This document shows positions 13,201 through 25,889 of a stretch of DNA of 64,000 bases, piece by piece (the stretch's first letter is position 1; each line of letters starts with the position of its first letter). The notes under the pieces were generated by a model. That model searched no databases. It was not told the DNA's origin and saw only the letters and a program-made list of their open reading frames with translations. A program made the translations under genes and the position numbers. The DNA is taken from positions 120,714,001-120,778,000 of the forward strand of contig OZ024745.1 in NCBI GenBank assembly GCA_964016885.1, in the 5' to 3' direction. Origin of the DNA: Eledone cirrhosa (taxonomy: Eukaryota).

Positions 13201-16200
13201 AGCAACCTTCACAGTCACTACCATTACAGTTGCCACAGTACAAAGCAACCTTCACAGTCACTTCCATTACAGTTTCCACAGTACAAAGCAACCTTCACAG
13301 TCACTTCCATTACAGTTGCCACAGTACAAGGCAACCTTCACAGTCACTTCCATTACAGTTGCCACAGTACAAAGCAACCTTCACAGTCACTTCCATTACA
13401 GTTACCACAGTACAAGGCAACCTTCACAGTCACTTCCATTACAGTTGCCACAGTACAAAGCAACCTTCACAGTCACTTCCATTACAGTTTCCACAGTACA
13501 AAGCAACCTTCACAGTCACTTCCATTACAGTTACCACAGTACAAAGCAACCTTCACAGTCACTTCCATTACAGTTACCATAGTACAAAGCAACCTTCACA
13601 GTCACTTCCATTACAGTTACCATAGTACAAGGCAACCTTCACAGTCACTTCCATTACAGTTTCCACAGTACAAAGCAACCTTCACAGTCACTTCCATTAC
13701 AGTTTCCACAGTACAAGGCAACCTTCACAGTCACTTCCATTACAGTTTCCACAGTACAAAGCAACCTTCACAGTCACTTCCATTACAGTTACCACAGTAC
13801 AAGGCAACCTTCACAGTCACTTCCATTACAGTTACCACAGTACAAGGCAACCTTCACAGTCACTTCCATTACAGTTACCACAGTACAAGGCAACCTTCAC
13901 AGTCACTTCCATTACAGTTTCCACAGTACAAAGCAACCTTCACAGTCACTTCCATTACAGTTTCCACAGTACAAAGCAACCTTCACAGTCACTTCCATTA
14001 CAGTTACCACAGTACAAGGCAACCTTCACAGTCACTTCCATTACAGTTGGCACAGTACAAAGCAACCTTCACAGTCACTTCCATTACAGTTGCTACAGTA
14101 CAAGGCAACCTTCACAGTCACTTCCATTACAGTTTCCACAGTACAAAGCAACCTTCACAGTCACTTCCATTACAGTTACCACAGTACAAGGCAACCTTCA
14201 CAGTCACTTCCATTACAGTTGCCACAGTACAAAGCAACCTTCACAGTCACTTCCATTACAGTTGCTACAGTACAAGGCAACCTTCACAGTCACTTCCATT
14301 ACAGTTTCCACAGTACAAGGCAACCTTCACAGTCACTTCCATTACAGTTACCACAGTACAAGGCAACCTTCACATTCACTTCCATTACAGTTACCACAGT
14401 ACAAGGCAACCTTCACAGTCACTTCCATTACAGTTGCCACAGTACAAAGCAACCTTCATAGTCACTTCCATTACAGTTACCACAGTACAAGGCAACCTTC
14501 ACAGTCACTTCCATTACAGTTACCACAGTACAAGGCAACCTTCACAGTCACTTCCATTACAGTTACCACAGTACAAGGCAACCTTCACAGTCACTTCCAT
14601 TATAGTTGCCACAGTACAAAGCAACCTTCACAGTCACTTCCATTACAGTTTCCATAGTACAAGGCAACCTTCACAGTCACTTCCATTACAGTTACCACAG
14701 TACAAGGCAACCTTCACAGTCACTTCCATTATAGTTGCCACAGTACAAAGCAACCTTCACAGTCACTTCCATTACAGTTACCACAGTACAAGGCAACCTT
14801 CACAGTCACTTCCATTACAGTTGCCACAGTACAAAGCAACCTTCACAGTCACTTCCATTACAGTTGCCACAGTACAAAGCAACCTTCACAGTCACTTCCA
14901 TTACAGTTGCTACAGTACAAAGCAACCTTCACAGTCACTTCCATTACAGTTGCCACAGTACAAAGCAACCTTCACAGTCACTTCCATTACAGTTGCCACA
15001 GTACAAAGCAACCTTCACAGTCACTTCCATTACAGTTACCACAGTACAAGGCAACCTTCACAGTCACTTCCATTACAGTTGCCACAGTACAAGGCAACCT
15101 TCACAGTCACTTCCATTACAGTTGCCACAGTACAAAGCAACCTTCACAGTCACTTCCATTACAGTTGCCACAGTACAAAGCAACCTTCACAGTCACTTCC
15201 ATTACAGTTGCTACAGTACAAAGCAACCTTCACAGTCACTTCCATTACAGTTGCCACAGTACAAAGCAACCTTCACAGTCACTTCCATTACAGTTGCCAC
15301 AGTACAAAGCAACCTTCACAGTCACTTCCATTACAGTTGCCACAGTACAAAGCAACCTTCACAGTCACTTCCATTACAGTTGCTACAGTACAAGGAAACC
15401 TTCACAGTCACTTCCATTACAGTTTCCACAGTACAAGGCAACCTTCACAGTCACTTCCATTACAGTTACCACAGTACAAGGCAACCTTCACAGTCACTTC
15501 CATTACAGTTACCATAGTACAAGGCAACCTTCACAGTCACTTCCATTATAGTTGCCACAGTACAAAGCAACCTTCACAGTCACTTCCATTACAGTTTCCA
15601 CAGTACAAAGCAACCTTCACAGTCACTTCCATTACAGTTTCCACAGTACAAAGCAACCTTCACAGTCACTTCCATTACAGTTGCCACAGTACAAAGCAAC
15701 CTTCACAGTCACTTCCATTACAGTTGCCACAGTACAAAGCAACCTTCACAGTCACTTCCATTACAGTTGCTACAGTACAAGGCAACCTTCACAGTCACTT
15801 CCATTACAGTTTCCACAGTACAAAGCAACCTTCACAGTCACTTCCATTACAGTTACCACAGTACAAGGCAACCTTCACAGTCACTTCCATTACAGTTACC
15901 ATAGTACAAGGCAACCTTCACAGTCACTTCCATTATAGTTGCCACAGTACAAAGCAACCTTCACAGTCACTTCCATTACAGTTACCATAGTACAAGGCAA
16001 CCTTCACAGTCACTTCCATTACAGTTACCATAGTACAAGGCAACCTTCACAGTCACTTCCATTACAGTTGCCACAGTACAAGGCAACCTTCACAGTCACT
16101 TCCATTACAGTTACCACAGTACAAGGCAACCTTCACAGTCACTTCCATTACAGTTGCCACAGTACAAGGCAACCTTCACAGTCACTTCCATTACAGTTAC

Positions 16201-19200
16201 CATAGTACAAGGCAACCTTCACAGTCACTTCCATTACAGTTACCACAGTACAAGGCAACCTTCACAGTCACTTCCATTACAGTTACCATAGTACAAGGCA
16301 ACCTTCACAGTCACTTCCATTACAGTTGCCACAGTACAAAGCAACCTTCACAGTCACTTCCATTACAGTTGCTACAGTACAAGGCAACCTTCACAGTCAC
16401 TTGCATTACAGTTGCCACAGTACAAAGCAACCTTCACAGTCACTTCCATTCCAGTTGCTACAGTACAAGGCAACCTTCACAGTCACTTCCATTACAGTTG
16501 CCACAGTACAAGGCAACCTTCACAGTCACTTCCATTACAGTTACCATAGTACAAGGCAACCTTCACAGTCACTTCCATTACAGTTGCCACAGTACAAAGC
16601 AACCTTCACAGTCACTTCCATTACAGTTGCCACAGTACAAGGCAACCTTCACAGTCACTACCATTACAGTTACCATAGTACAAAGCAACCTTCACAGTCA
16701 CTTCCATTACAGTTACCATAGTACAAGGCAACCTTCACAGTCACTTCCATTACAGTTTCCACAGTACAAAGCAGCCTTCACAGTCACTTCCATTACAGTT
16801 GCCACAGTACAAGGCAACCTTCACAGTCACTTCCATTACAGTTGCCACAGTACAAAGCAACCTTCACAGTCACTTCCATTACAGTTGCCACAGTACAAGG
16901 CAACCTTCACAGTCACTTCCATTACAGTTGCCACAGTACAAGGCAACCTTCACAGTCACTTCCATTACAGTTGCCACAGTACAAAGCAACCTTCACAGTC
17001 ACTTCCATTACAGTTGCCACAGTACAAGGCAACCTTCACAGTCACTTCCATTACAGTTGCCACAGTACAAAGCAACCTTCACAGTCACTTCCATTACAGT
17101 TGCCACAGTACAAAGCAACCTTCACAGTCACTTCCATTACAGTTACCATAGTACAAAGCAACCTTCACAGTCACTTCCATTACAGTTACCATAGTACAAG
17201 GCAACCTTCACAGTCACTTCCATTACAGTTACCATAGTACAAGGCAACCTTCACAGTCACTTCCATTACAGTTGCCACAGTACAAAGCAACCTTCACAGT
17301 CACTTCCATTACAGTTGCCACAGTACAAAGCAACCTTCACAGTCACTTCCATTACAGTTGCCACAGTACAAAGCAACCTTCACAGTCACTTCCATTACAG
17401 TTACCATAGTACAAGGCAACCTTCACAGTCACTTCCATTACAGTTGTCACAGTACAAAGCAACCTTCACAGTCACTTCCATTATAGTTACCACAGTACAA
17501 AGCAACCTTCACAGTCACTTCCATTACAGTTACCACAGTACAAAGCAACCTTCACAGTCACTTCCATTACAGTTACCACAGTACAAGGCAACCTTCACAG
17601 TCACTTCCATTACAGTTGCCACAGTACAAAGCAACCTTCACAGTCACTTCCATTATAGTTACCACAGTACAAAGCAACCTTCACAGTCACTTCCATTACA
17701 GTTACCACAGTACAAAGCAACCTTCACAGTCACTTCCATTACAGTTGCCACAGTACAAAGCAACCTTCACAGTCACTTCCATTACAGTTGCCACAGTACA
17801 AAGCAACCTTCACAGTCACTTCCATTACAGTTTCCACAGTACAAAGCAACCTTCACAGTCACTACCATTACAGTTGCCACAGTACAAGGCAACCTTCACA
17901 GTCACTACCATTACAGTTGCCACAGTACAAAGCAACCTTCACAGTCACTACCATTACAGTTGCCACAACACAAAGCAACCTTCACAGTCACTTCCATTAC
18001 AGTTGCCACAACACAAAGCAACCTCCACAGTCACTTCCATTACAGTTGCCACAGTACAAAGCAACCTTCACAGTCACTTCCATTACAGTTACCATAGTAC
18101 AAAGCAACCTTCACAGTCACTACCATTACAGTTGCCACAACACAAAGCAACCTTCACAGTCACTACCATTACAGTTTCCACAGTACAAAGCAACCTTCAC
18201 AGTCACTTCCATTACAGTTGCCACAGTACAAAGCAACCTTCACAGTCACTTCCATTACAGTTACCATAGTACAAAGCAACCTTCACAGTCACTACCATTA
18301 CAGTTGCCACAACACAAAGCAACCTTCACAGTCACTACCATTACAGTTGCCACAGTACAAAGCAACCTTCACAGTCACTTCCATTACAGTTGCCACAGTA
18401 CAAAGCAACCTTCACAGTCACTTCCATTACAGTTGCCACAGTACAAAGCAACCTTCACAGTCACTTCCATTACAGTTGCCACAGTACAAAGCAACCTTCA
18501 CAGCCACTTCCATTACAGTTACCATAGTACAAAGCAACCTTCACAGTCACTTCCATTACAGTTACCATAGTACAAGGCAACCTTCACAGTCACTTCCATT
18601 ACAGTTTCCACAGTACAAAGCAACCTTCACAGTCACTTCCATTACAGTTTCCACAGTACAAGGCAACCTTCACAGTCACTTCCATTACAGTTACCACAGT
18701 ACAAGGCAACCTTCACAGTCACTTCCATTACAGTTACCACAGTACAAGGCAACCTTCACAGTCACTTCCATTACAGTTTCCACAGTACAAAGCAACCTTC
18801 ACAGTCACTTCCATTACAGTTTCCACAGTACAAAGCAACCTTCACAGTCACTACCATTACAGTTGCCACAGTACAAAGCAACCTTCACAGTCACTTCCAT
18901 TACAGTTTCCACAGTACAAAGCAACCTTCACAGTCACTTCCATTACAGTTGCCACAGTACAAGGCAACCTTCACAGTCACTTCCATTACAGTTGCCACAG
19001 TACAAAGCAACCTTCACAGTCACTTCCATTACAGTTACCACAGTACAAGGCAACCTTCACAGTCACTTCCATTACAGTTGCCACAGTACAAAGCAACCTT
19101 CACAGTCACTTCCATTACAGTTTCCACAGTACAAAGCAACCTTCACAGTCACTTCCATTACAGTTACCACAGTACAAAGCAACCTTCACAGTCACTTCCA

Positions 19201-22200
19201 TTACAGTTACCATAGTACAAAGCAACCTTCACAGTCACTTCCATTACAGTTACCATAGTACAAGGCAACCTTCACAGTCACTTCCATTACAGTTTCCACA
19301 GTACAAAGCAACCTTCACAGTCACTTCCATTACAGTTTCCACAGTACAAGGCAACCTTCACAGTCACTTCCATTACAGTTTCCACAGTACAAAGCAACCT
19401 TCACAGTCACTTCCATTACAGTTACCACAGTACAAGGCAACCTTCACAGTCACTTCCATTACAGTTACCACAGTACAAGGCAACCTTCACAGTCACTTCC
19501 ATTACAGTTACCACAGTACAAGGCAACCTTCACAGTCACTTCCATTACAGTTTCCACAGTACAAAGCAACCTTCACAGTCACTTCCATTACAGTTTCCAC
19601 AGTACAAAGCAACCTTCACAGTCACTTCCATTACAGTTACCACAGTACAAGGCAACCTTCACAGTCACTTCCATTACAGTTGGCACAGTACAAAGCAACC
19701 TTCACAGTCACTTCCATTACAGTTGCTACAGTACAAGGCAACCTTCACAGTCACTTCCATTACAGTTTCCACAGTACAAAGCAACCTTCACAGTCACTTC
19801 CATTACAGTTACCACAGTACAAGGCAACCTTCACAGTCACTTCCATTACAGTTGCCACAGTACAAAGCAACCTTCACAGTCACTTCCATTACAGTTGCTA
19901 CAGTACAAGGCAACCTTCACAGTCACTTCCATTACAGTTTCCACAGTACAAGGCAACCTTCACAGTCACTTCCATTACAGTTACCACAGTACAAGGCAAC
20001 CTTCACATTCACTTCCATTACAGTTACCACAGTACAAGGCAACCTTCACAGTCACTTCCATTACAGTTGCCACAGTACAAAGCAACCTTCATAGTCACTT
20101 CCATTACAGTTACCACAGTACAAGGCAACCTTCACAGTCACTTCCATTACAGTTACCACAGTACAAGGCAACCTTCACAGTCACTTCCATTACAGTTACC
20201 ACAGTACAAGGCAACCTTCACAGTCACTTCCATTATAGTTGCCACAGTACAAAGCAACCTTCACAGTCACTTCCATTACAGTTTCCATAGTACAAGGCAA
20301 CCTTCACAGTCACTTCCATTACAGTTACCACAGTACAAGGCAACCTTCACAGTCACTTCCATTATAGTTGCCACAGTACAAAGCAACCTTCACAGTCACT
20401 TCCATTACAGTTACCACAGTACAAGGCAACCTTCACAGTCACTTCCATTACAGTTGCCACAGTACAAAGCAACCTTCACAGTCACTTCCATTACAGTTGC
20501 CACAGTACAAAGCAACCTTCACAGTCACTTCCATTACAGTTGCTACAGTACAAAGCAACCTTCACAGTCACTTCCATTACAGTTGCCACAGTACAAAGCA
20601 ACCTTCACAGTCACTTCCATTACAGTTGCCACAGTACAAAGCAACCTTCACAGTCACTTCCATTACAGTTACCACAGTACAAGGCAACCTTCACAGTCAC
20701 TTCCATTACAGTTGCCACAGTACAAGGCAACCTTCACAGTCACTTCCATTACAGTTGCCACAGTACAAAGCAACCTTCACAGTCACTTCCATTACAGTTG
20801 CCACAGTACAAAGCAACCTTCACAGTCACTTCCATTACAGTTGCTACAGTACAAAGCAACCTTCACAGTCACTTCCATTACAGTTGCCACAGTACAAAGC
20901 AACCTTCACAGTCACTTCCATTACAGTTGCCACAGTACAAAGCAACCTTCACAGTCACTTCCATTACAGTTGCCACAGTACAAAGCAACCTTCACAGTCA
21001 CTTCCATTACAGTTGCTACAGTACAAGGAAACCTTCACAGTCACTTCCATTACAGTTTCCACAGTACAAGGCAACCTTCACAGTCACTTCCATTACAGTT
21101 ACCACAGTACAAGGCAACCTTCACAGTCACTTCCATTACAGTTACCATAGTACAAGGCAACCTTCACAGTCACTTCCATTATAGTTGCCACAGTACAAAG
21201 CAACCTTCACAGTCACTTCCATTACAGTTTCCACAGTACAAAGCAACCTTCACAGTCACTTCCATTACAGTTTCCACAGTACAAAGCAACCTTCACAGTC
21301 ACTTCCATTACAGTTGCCACAGTACAAAGCAACCTTCACAGTCACTTCCATTACAGTTGCCACAGTACAAAGCAACCTTCACAGTCACTTCCATTACAGT
21401 TGCTACAGTACAAGGCAACCTTCACAGTCACTTCCATTACAGTTTCCACAGTACAAAGCAACCTTCACAGTCACTTCCATTACAGTTACCACAGTACAAG
21501 GCAACCTTCACAGTCACTTCCATTACAGTTACCATAGTACAAGGCAACCTTCACAGTCACTTCCATTATAGTTGCCACAGTACAAAGCAACCTTCACAGT
21601 CACTTCCATTACAGTTACCATAGTACAAGGCAACCTTCACAGTCACTTCCATTACAGTTGCCACAGTACAAGGCAACCTTCACAGTCACTTCCATTACAG
21701 TTACCACAGTACAAGGCAACCTTCACAGTCACTTCCATTACAGTTGCCACAGTACAAGGCAACCTTCACAGTCACTTCCATTACAGTTACCATAGTACAA
21801 GGCAACCTTCACAGTCACTTCCATTACAGTTACCACAGTACAAGGCAACCTTCACAGTCACTTCCATTACAGTTACCATAGTACAAGGCAACCTTCACAG
21901 TCACTTCCATTACAGTTGCCACAGTACAAAGCAACCTTCACAGTCACTTCCATTACAGTTGCTACAGTACAAGGCAACCTTCACAGTCACTTGCATTACA
22001 GTTGCCACAGTACAAAGCAACCTTCACAGTCACTTCCATTCCAGTTGCTACAGTACAAGGCAACCTTCACAGTCACTTCCATTACAGTTGCCACAGTACA
22101 AGGTAACCTTCACAGTCACTTCCATTACAGTTACCATAGTACAAGGCAACCTTCACAGTCACTTCCATTACAGTTGCCACAGTACAAAGCAACCTTCACA

Positions 22201-25200
22201 GTCACTTCCATTACAGTTGCCACAGTACAAGGCAACCTTCACAGTCACTACCATTACAGTTACCATAGTACAAAGCAACCTTCACAGTCACTTCCATTAC
22301 AGTTACCATAGTACAAGGCAACCTTCACAGTCACTTCCATTACAGTTTCCACAGTACAAAGCAGCCTTCACAGTCACTTCCATTACAGTTGCCACAGTAC
22401 AAGGCAACCTTCACAGTCACTTCCATTACAGTTGCCACAGTACAAGGCAACCTTCACAGTCACTTCCATTACAGTTGCCACAGTACAAAGCAACCTTCAC
22501 AGTCACTTCCATTACAGTTGCCACAGTACAAAGCAACCTTCACAGTCACTTCCATTACAGTTGCCACAGTACAAAGCAACCTTCACAGTCACTTCCATTA
22601 CAGTTGCCACAGTACAAGGCAACCTTCACAGTCACTACCATTACAGTTACCATAGTACAAAGCAACCTTCACAGTCACTTCCATTACAGTTACCATAGTA
22701 CAAGGCAACCTTCACAGTCACTTCCATTACAGTTGCCACAGTACAAAGCAACCTTCACAGTCACTTCCATTACAGTTGCTACAGTACAAGGCAACCTTCA
22801 CAGTCACTTGCATTACAGTTGCCACAGTACAAAGCAACCTTCACAGTCACTTCCATTCCAGTTGCTACAGTACAAGGCAACCTTCACAGTCACTTCCATT
22901 ACAGTTGCCACAGTACAAGGCAACCTTCACAGTCACTTCCATTACAGTTACCATAGTACAAGGCAACCTTCACAGTCACTTCCATTACAGTTGCCACAGT
23001 ACAAAGCAACCTTCACAGTCACTTCCATTACAGTTGCCACAGTACAAGGCAACCTTCACAGTCACTACCATTACAGTTACCATAGTACAAAGCAACCTTC
23101 ACAGTCACTTCCATTACAGTTACCATAGTACAAGGCAACCTTCACAGTCACTTCCATTACAGTTTCCACAGTACAAAGCAACCTTCACAGTCACTTCCAT
23201 TACAGTTGCCACAGTACAAGGCAACCTTCACAGTCACTTCCATTACAGTTGCCACAGTACAAAGCAACCTTCACAGTCACTTCCATTACAGTTGCCACAG
23301 TACAAAGCAACCTTCACAGTCACTTCCATTACAGTTGCCACAGTACAAAGCAACCTTCACAGTCACTTCCATTACAGTTGCCACAGTACAAGGCAACCTT
23401 CACAGTCACTTCCATTACAGTTGCCACAGTACAAGGCAACCTTCACAGTCACTTCCATTACAGTTGCCACAGTACAAGGCAACCTTCACAGTCACTACCA
23501 TTACAGTTACCATAGTACAAAGCAACCTTCACAGTCACTTCCATTACAGTTACCATAGTACAAGGCAACCTTCACAGTCACTTCCATTACAGTTGCCACA
23601 GTACAAGGCAACCTTCACAGTCACTACCATTACAGTTACCATAGTACAAAGCAACCTTCACAGTCACTTCCATTACAGTTACCATAGTACAAGGCAACCT
23701 TCACAGTCACTTCCATTACAGTTGCCACAGTACAAGGCAACCTTCACAGTCACTTCCATTACAGTTGCCACAGTACAAAGCAACCTTCACAGTCACTTCC
23801 ATTACAGTTGCCACAGTACAAGGCAACCTTCACAGTCACTACCATTACAGTTACCATAGTACAAAGCAACCTTCACAGTCACTTCCATTACAGTTACCAT
23901 AGTACAAGGCAACCTTCACAGTCACTTCCATTACAGTTGCCACAGTACAAGGCAACCTTCACAGTCACTTCCATTACAGTTGCCACAGTACAAAGCAACC
24001 TCCACAGTCACTTCCATTACAGTTACCACAGTACAAGGCAACCTTCACAGTCACTTCCATTACAGTTTCCACAGTACAAAGCAACCTTCACAGTCACTTC
24101 CATTACAGTTTCCACAGTACAAAGCAACCTTCACAGTCACTACCATTACAGTTGCCACAGTACAAAGCAACCTTCACAGTCACTTCCATTACAGTTTCCA
24201 CAGTACAAAGCAACCTTCACAGTCACTTCCATTACAGTTGCCACAGTACAAGGCAACCTTCACAGTCACTTCCATTACAGTTGCCACAGTACAAAGCAAC
24301 CTTCACAGTCACTTCCATTACAGTTACCACAGTACAAGGCAACCTTCACAGTCACTTCCATTACAGTTGCCACAGTACAAGGCAACCTTCACAGTCACTT
24401 CCATTACAGTTACCATAGTACAAAGCAACCTTCACAGTCACTTCCATTACAGTTACCATAGTACAAGGCAACCTTCACAGTCACTTCCATTACAGTTACC
24501 ATAGTACAAGGCAACCTTCACAGTCACTTCCATTACAGTTACCACAGTACAAGGCAACCTTCACAGTCACTTCCATTACAGTTACCATAGTACAAGGCAA
24601 CCTTCACAGTCACTTCCATTACAGTTGCTACAGTACAAGGCAACCTTCATAGTCACTTCCATTACAGTTACCATAGTACAAAGCAACCTTCACAGTCACT
24701 TCCATTACAGTTACCATAGTACAAGGCAACCTTCACAGTCACTTCCATTACAGTTTCCACAGTACAAAGCAACCTTCACAGTCACTTCCATTATAGTTAC
24801 CACAGTACAAAGCAACCTTCACAGTCACTTCCATTATAGTTGCCACAGTACAAAGCAACCTTCACAGTCACTTCCATTATAGTTGCCACAGTACAAAGCA
24901 ACCTTCACAGTCACTTCCATTACAGTTGCCACAGTACAAAGCAACCTTCACAGTCACTTCCATTATAGTTACCACAGTACAAGGCAACCTTCACAGTCAC
25001 TTCCATTACAGTTACCATAGTACAAGGCAACCTTCACAGTCACTTCCATTACAGTTACCATAGTACAAAGCAACCTTCACAGTCACTTCCATTACAGTTA
25101 CCACAGTACAAGGCAACCTTCACAGTCACTTCCATTACAGTTACCACAGTACAAAGCAACCTTCACAGTCACTTCCATTACAGTTACCATAGTACAAGGC

Positions 25201-25309
25201 AACCTTCACAGTCACTTCCATTACAGTTGCCATAGTACAAGGCAACCTTCACAGTCACTTCCATTACAGTTGCCATAGTACAAGGCAACCTTCACAGTCA
25301 CTTCCATTA
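7225..25309. repeat. 43-bp tandem satellite, about 420.6 copies
   Basis: Monomer GCAACCTTCACAGTCACTTCCATTACAGTTGCCACAGTACAAA. First GCAACC at 7225 and last at 25285; the difference 18060 equals 420 x 43. Confidence 0.99.
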
Positions 25310-25639
25310 GAGGAAAAATTACTTCTAAACATCTAGTTACATCTTGAACACCCAAGAACTGTACTATAACAGCATCAAAAAGCCCTATTTCTCCCACTTA
25401 CTGTAGACAAGGACATCTATTAACATAGCTGCAACATCAATAACCTCATTAACTCCCAAGCACAACCAGTTATAAATGCAGAAGAAAAGCAATGTTTGTG
25501 CTCTTAGTGAATCCACTTGACTTAACCCCATGTTCACTGACAAAATACTACAATCATACAGGAATAGAGTAGAATATATCCACTGTCAGACAATGACCCA
25601 TGTTAGCATAGAAATTGGATGGTCATATATCAACATTAT

Positions 25640-25825
25640 CACAATTTAATGTCTATTTTCCACGCTTGCATGGGTTAGACAGGTTGTCCATGTTATGAGA
25701 TATGTCTGTCCATCTGGCCATACCGTACCTTGCTCAAATGGAACTTTATTTTGGCTGGGTTTTTTTACAGCTGGATGTCTTTCCTAACACTAACCATGTT
25801 TACAGTGTGAAACTGGGTGATTCCA
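25640..25825 (-). mobile_element. RTE-tail-type dispersed repeat (LINE 3' end / SINE)
   Basis: Minus strand CACCCAGTTTCACACTGTAAACATGGTTAGTGTTAGGAAAGACATCCAGCTGTA...CCCATGCAAGCGTGGAAAATAGACATTAAA. Related copies at 42530-42740 and 45885-46215. Confidence 0.7.
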
Positions 25826-25889
25826 TTATGAATAGGGTCTTTCCAGTTGGCCATGCCATACCGTGCTCATAGTGTAACCATATTTTGGG

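Noticed and set aside
7058-24882. Dozens of long plus-strand ORFs with a 43-aa repeat (QPSQSLPLQLPQYKATFTVTSITVATVQSNLHSHFHYSCHSTK)
   Set aside because: The 43-bp monomer lacks stops, so all three frames give the same peptide. Common CATAGT variants create TAG at random in every frame, which shows no coding constraint.
7225-25309. CRISPR-like array
   Set aside because: Monomers are contiguous with no unique spacers, there are no cas genes, and the context is eukaryotic.
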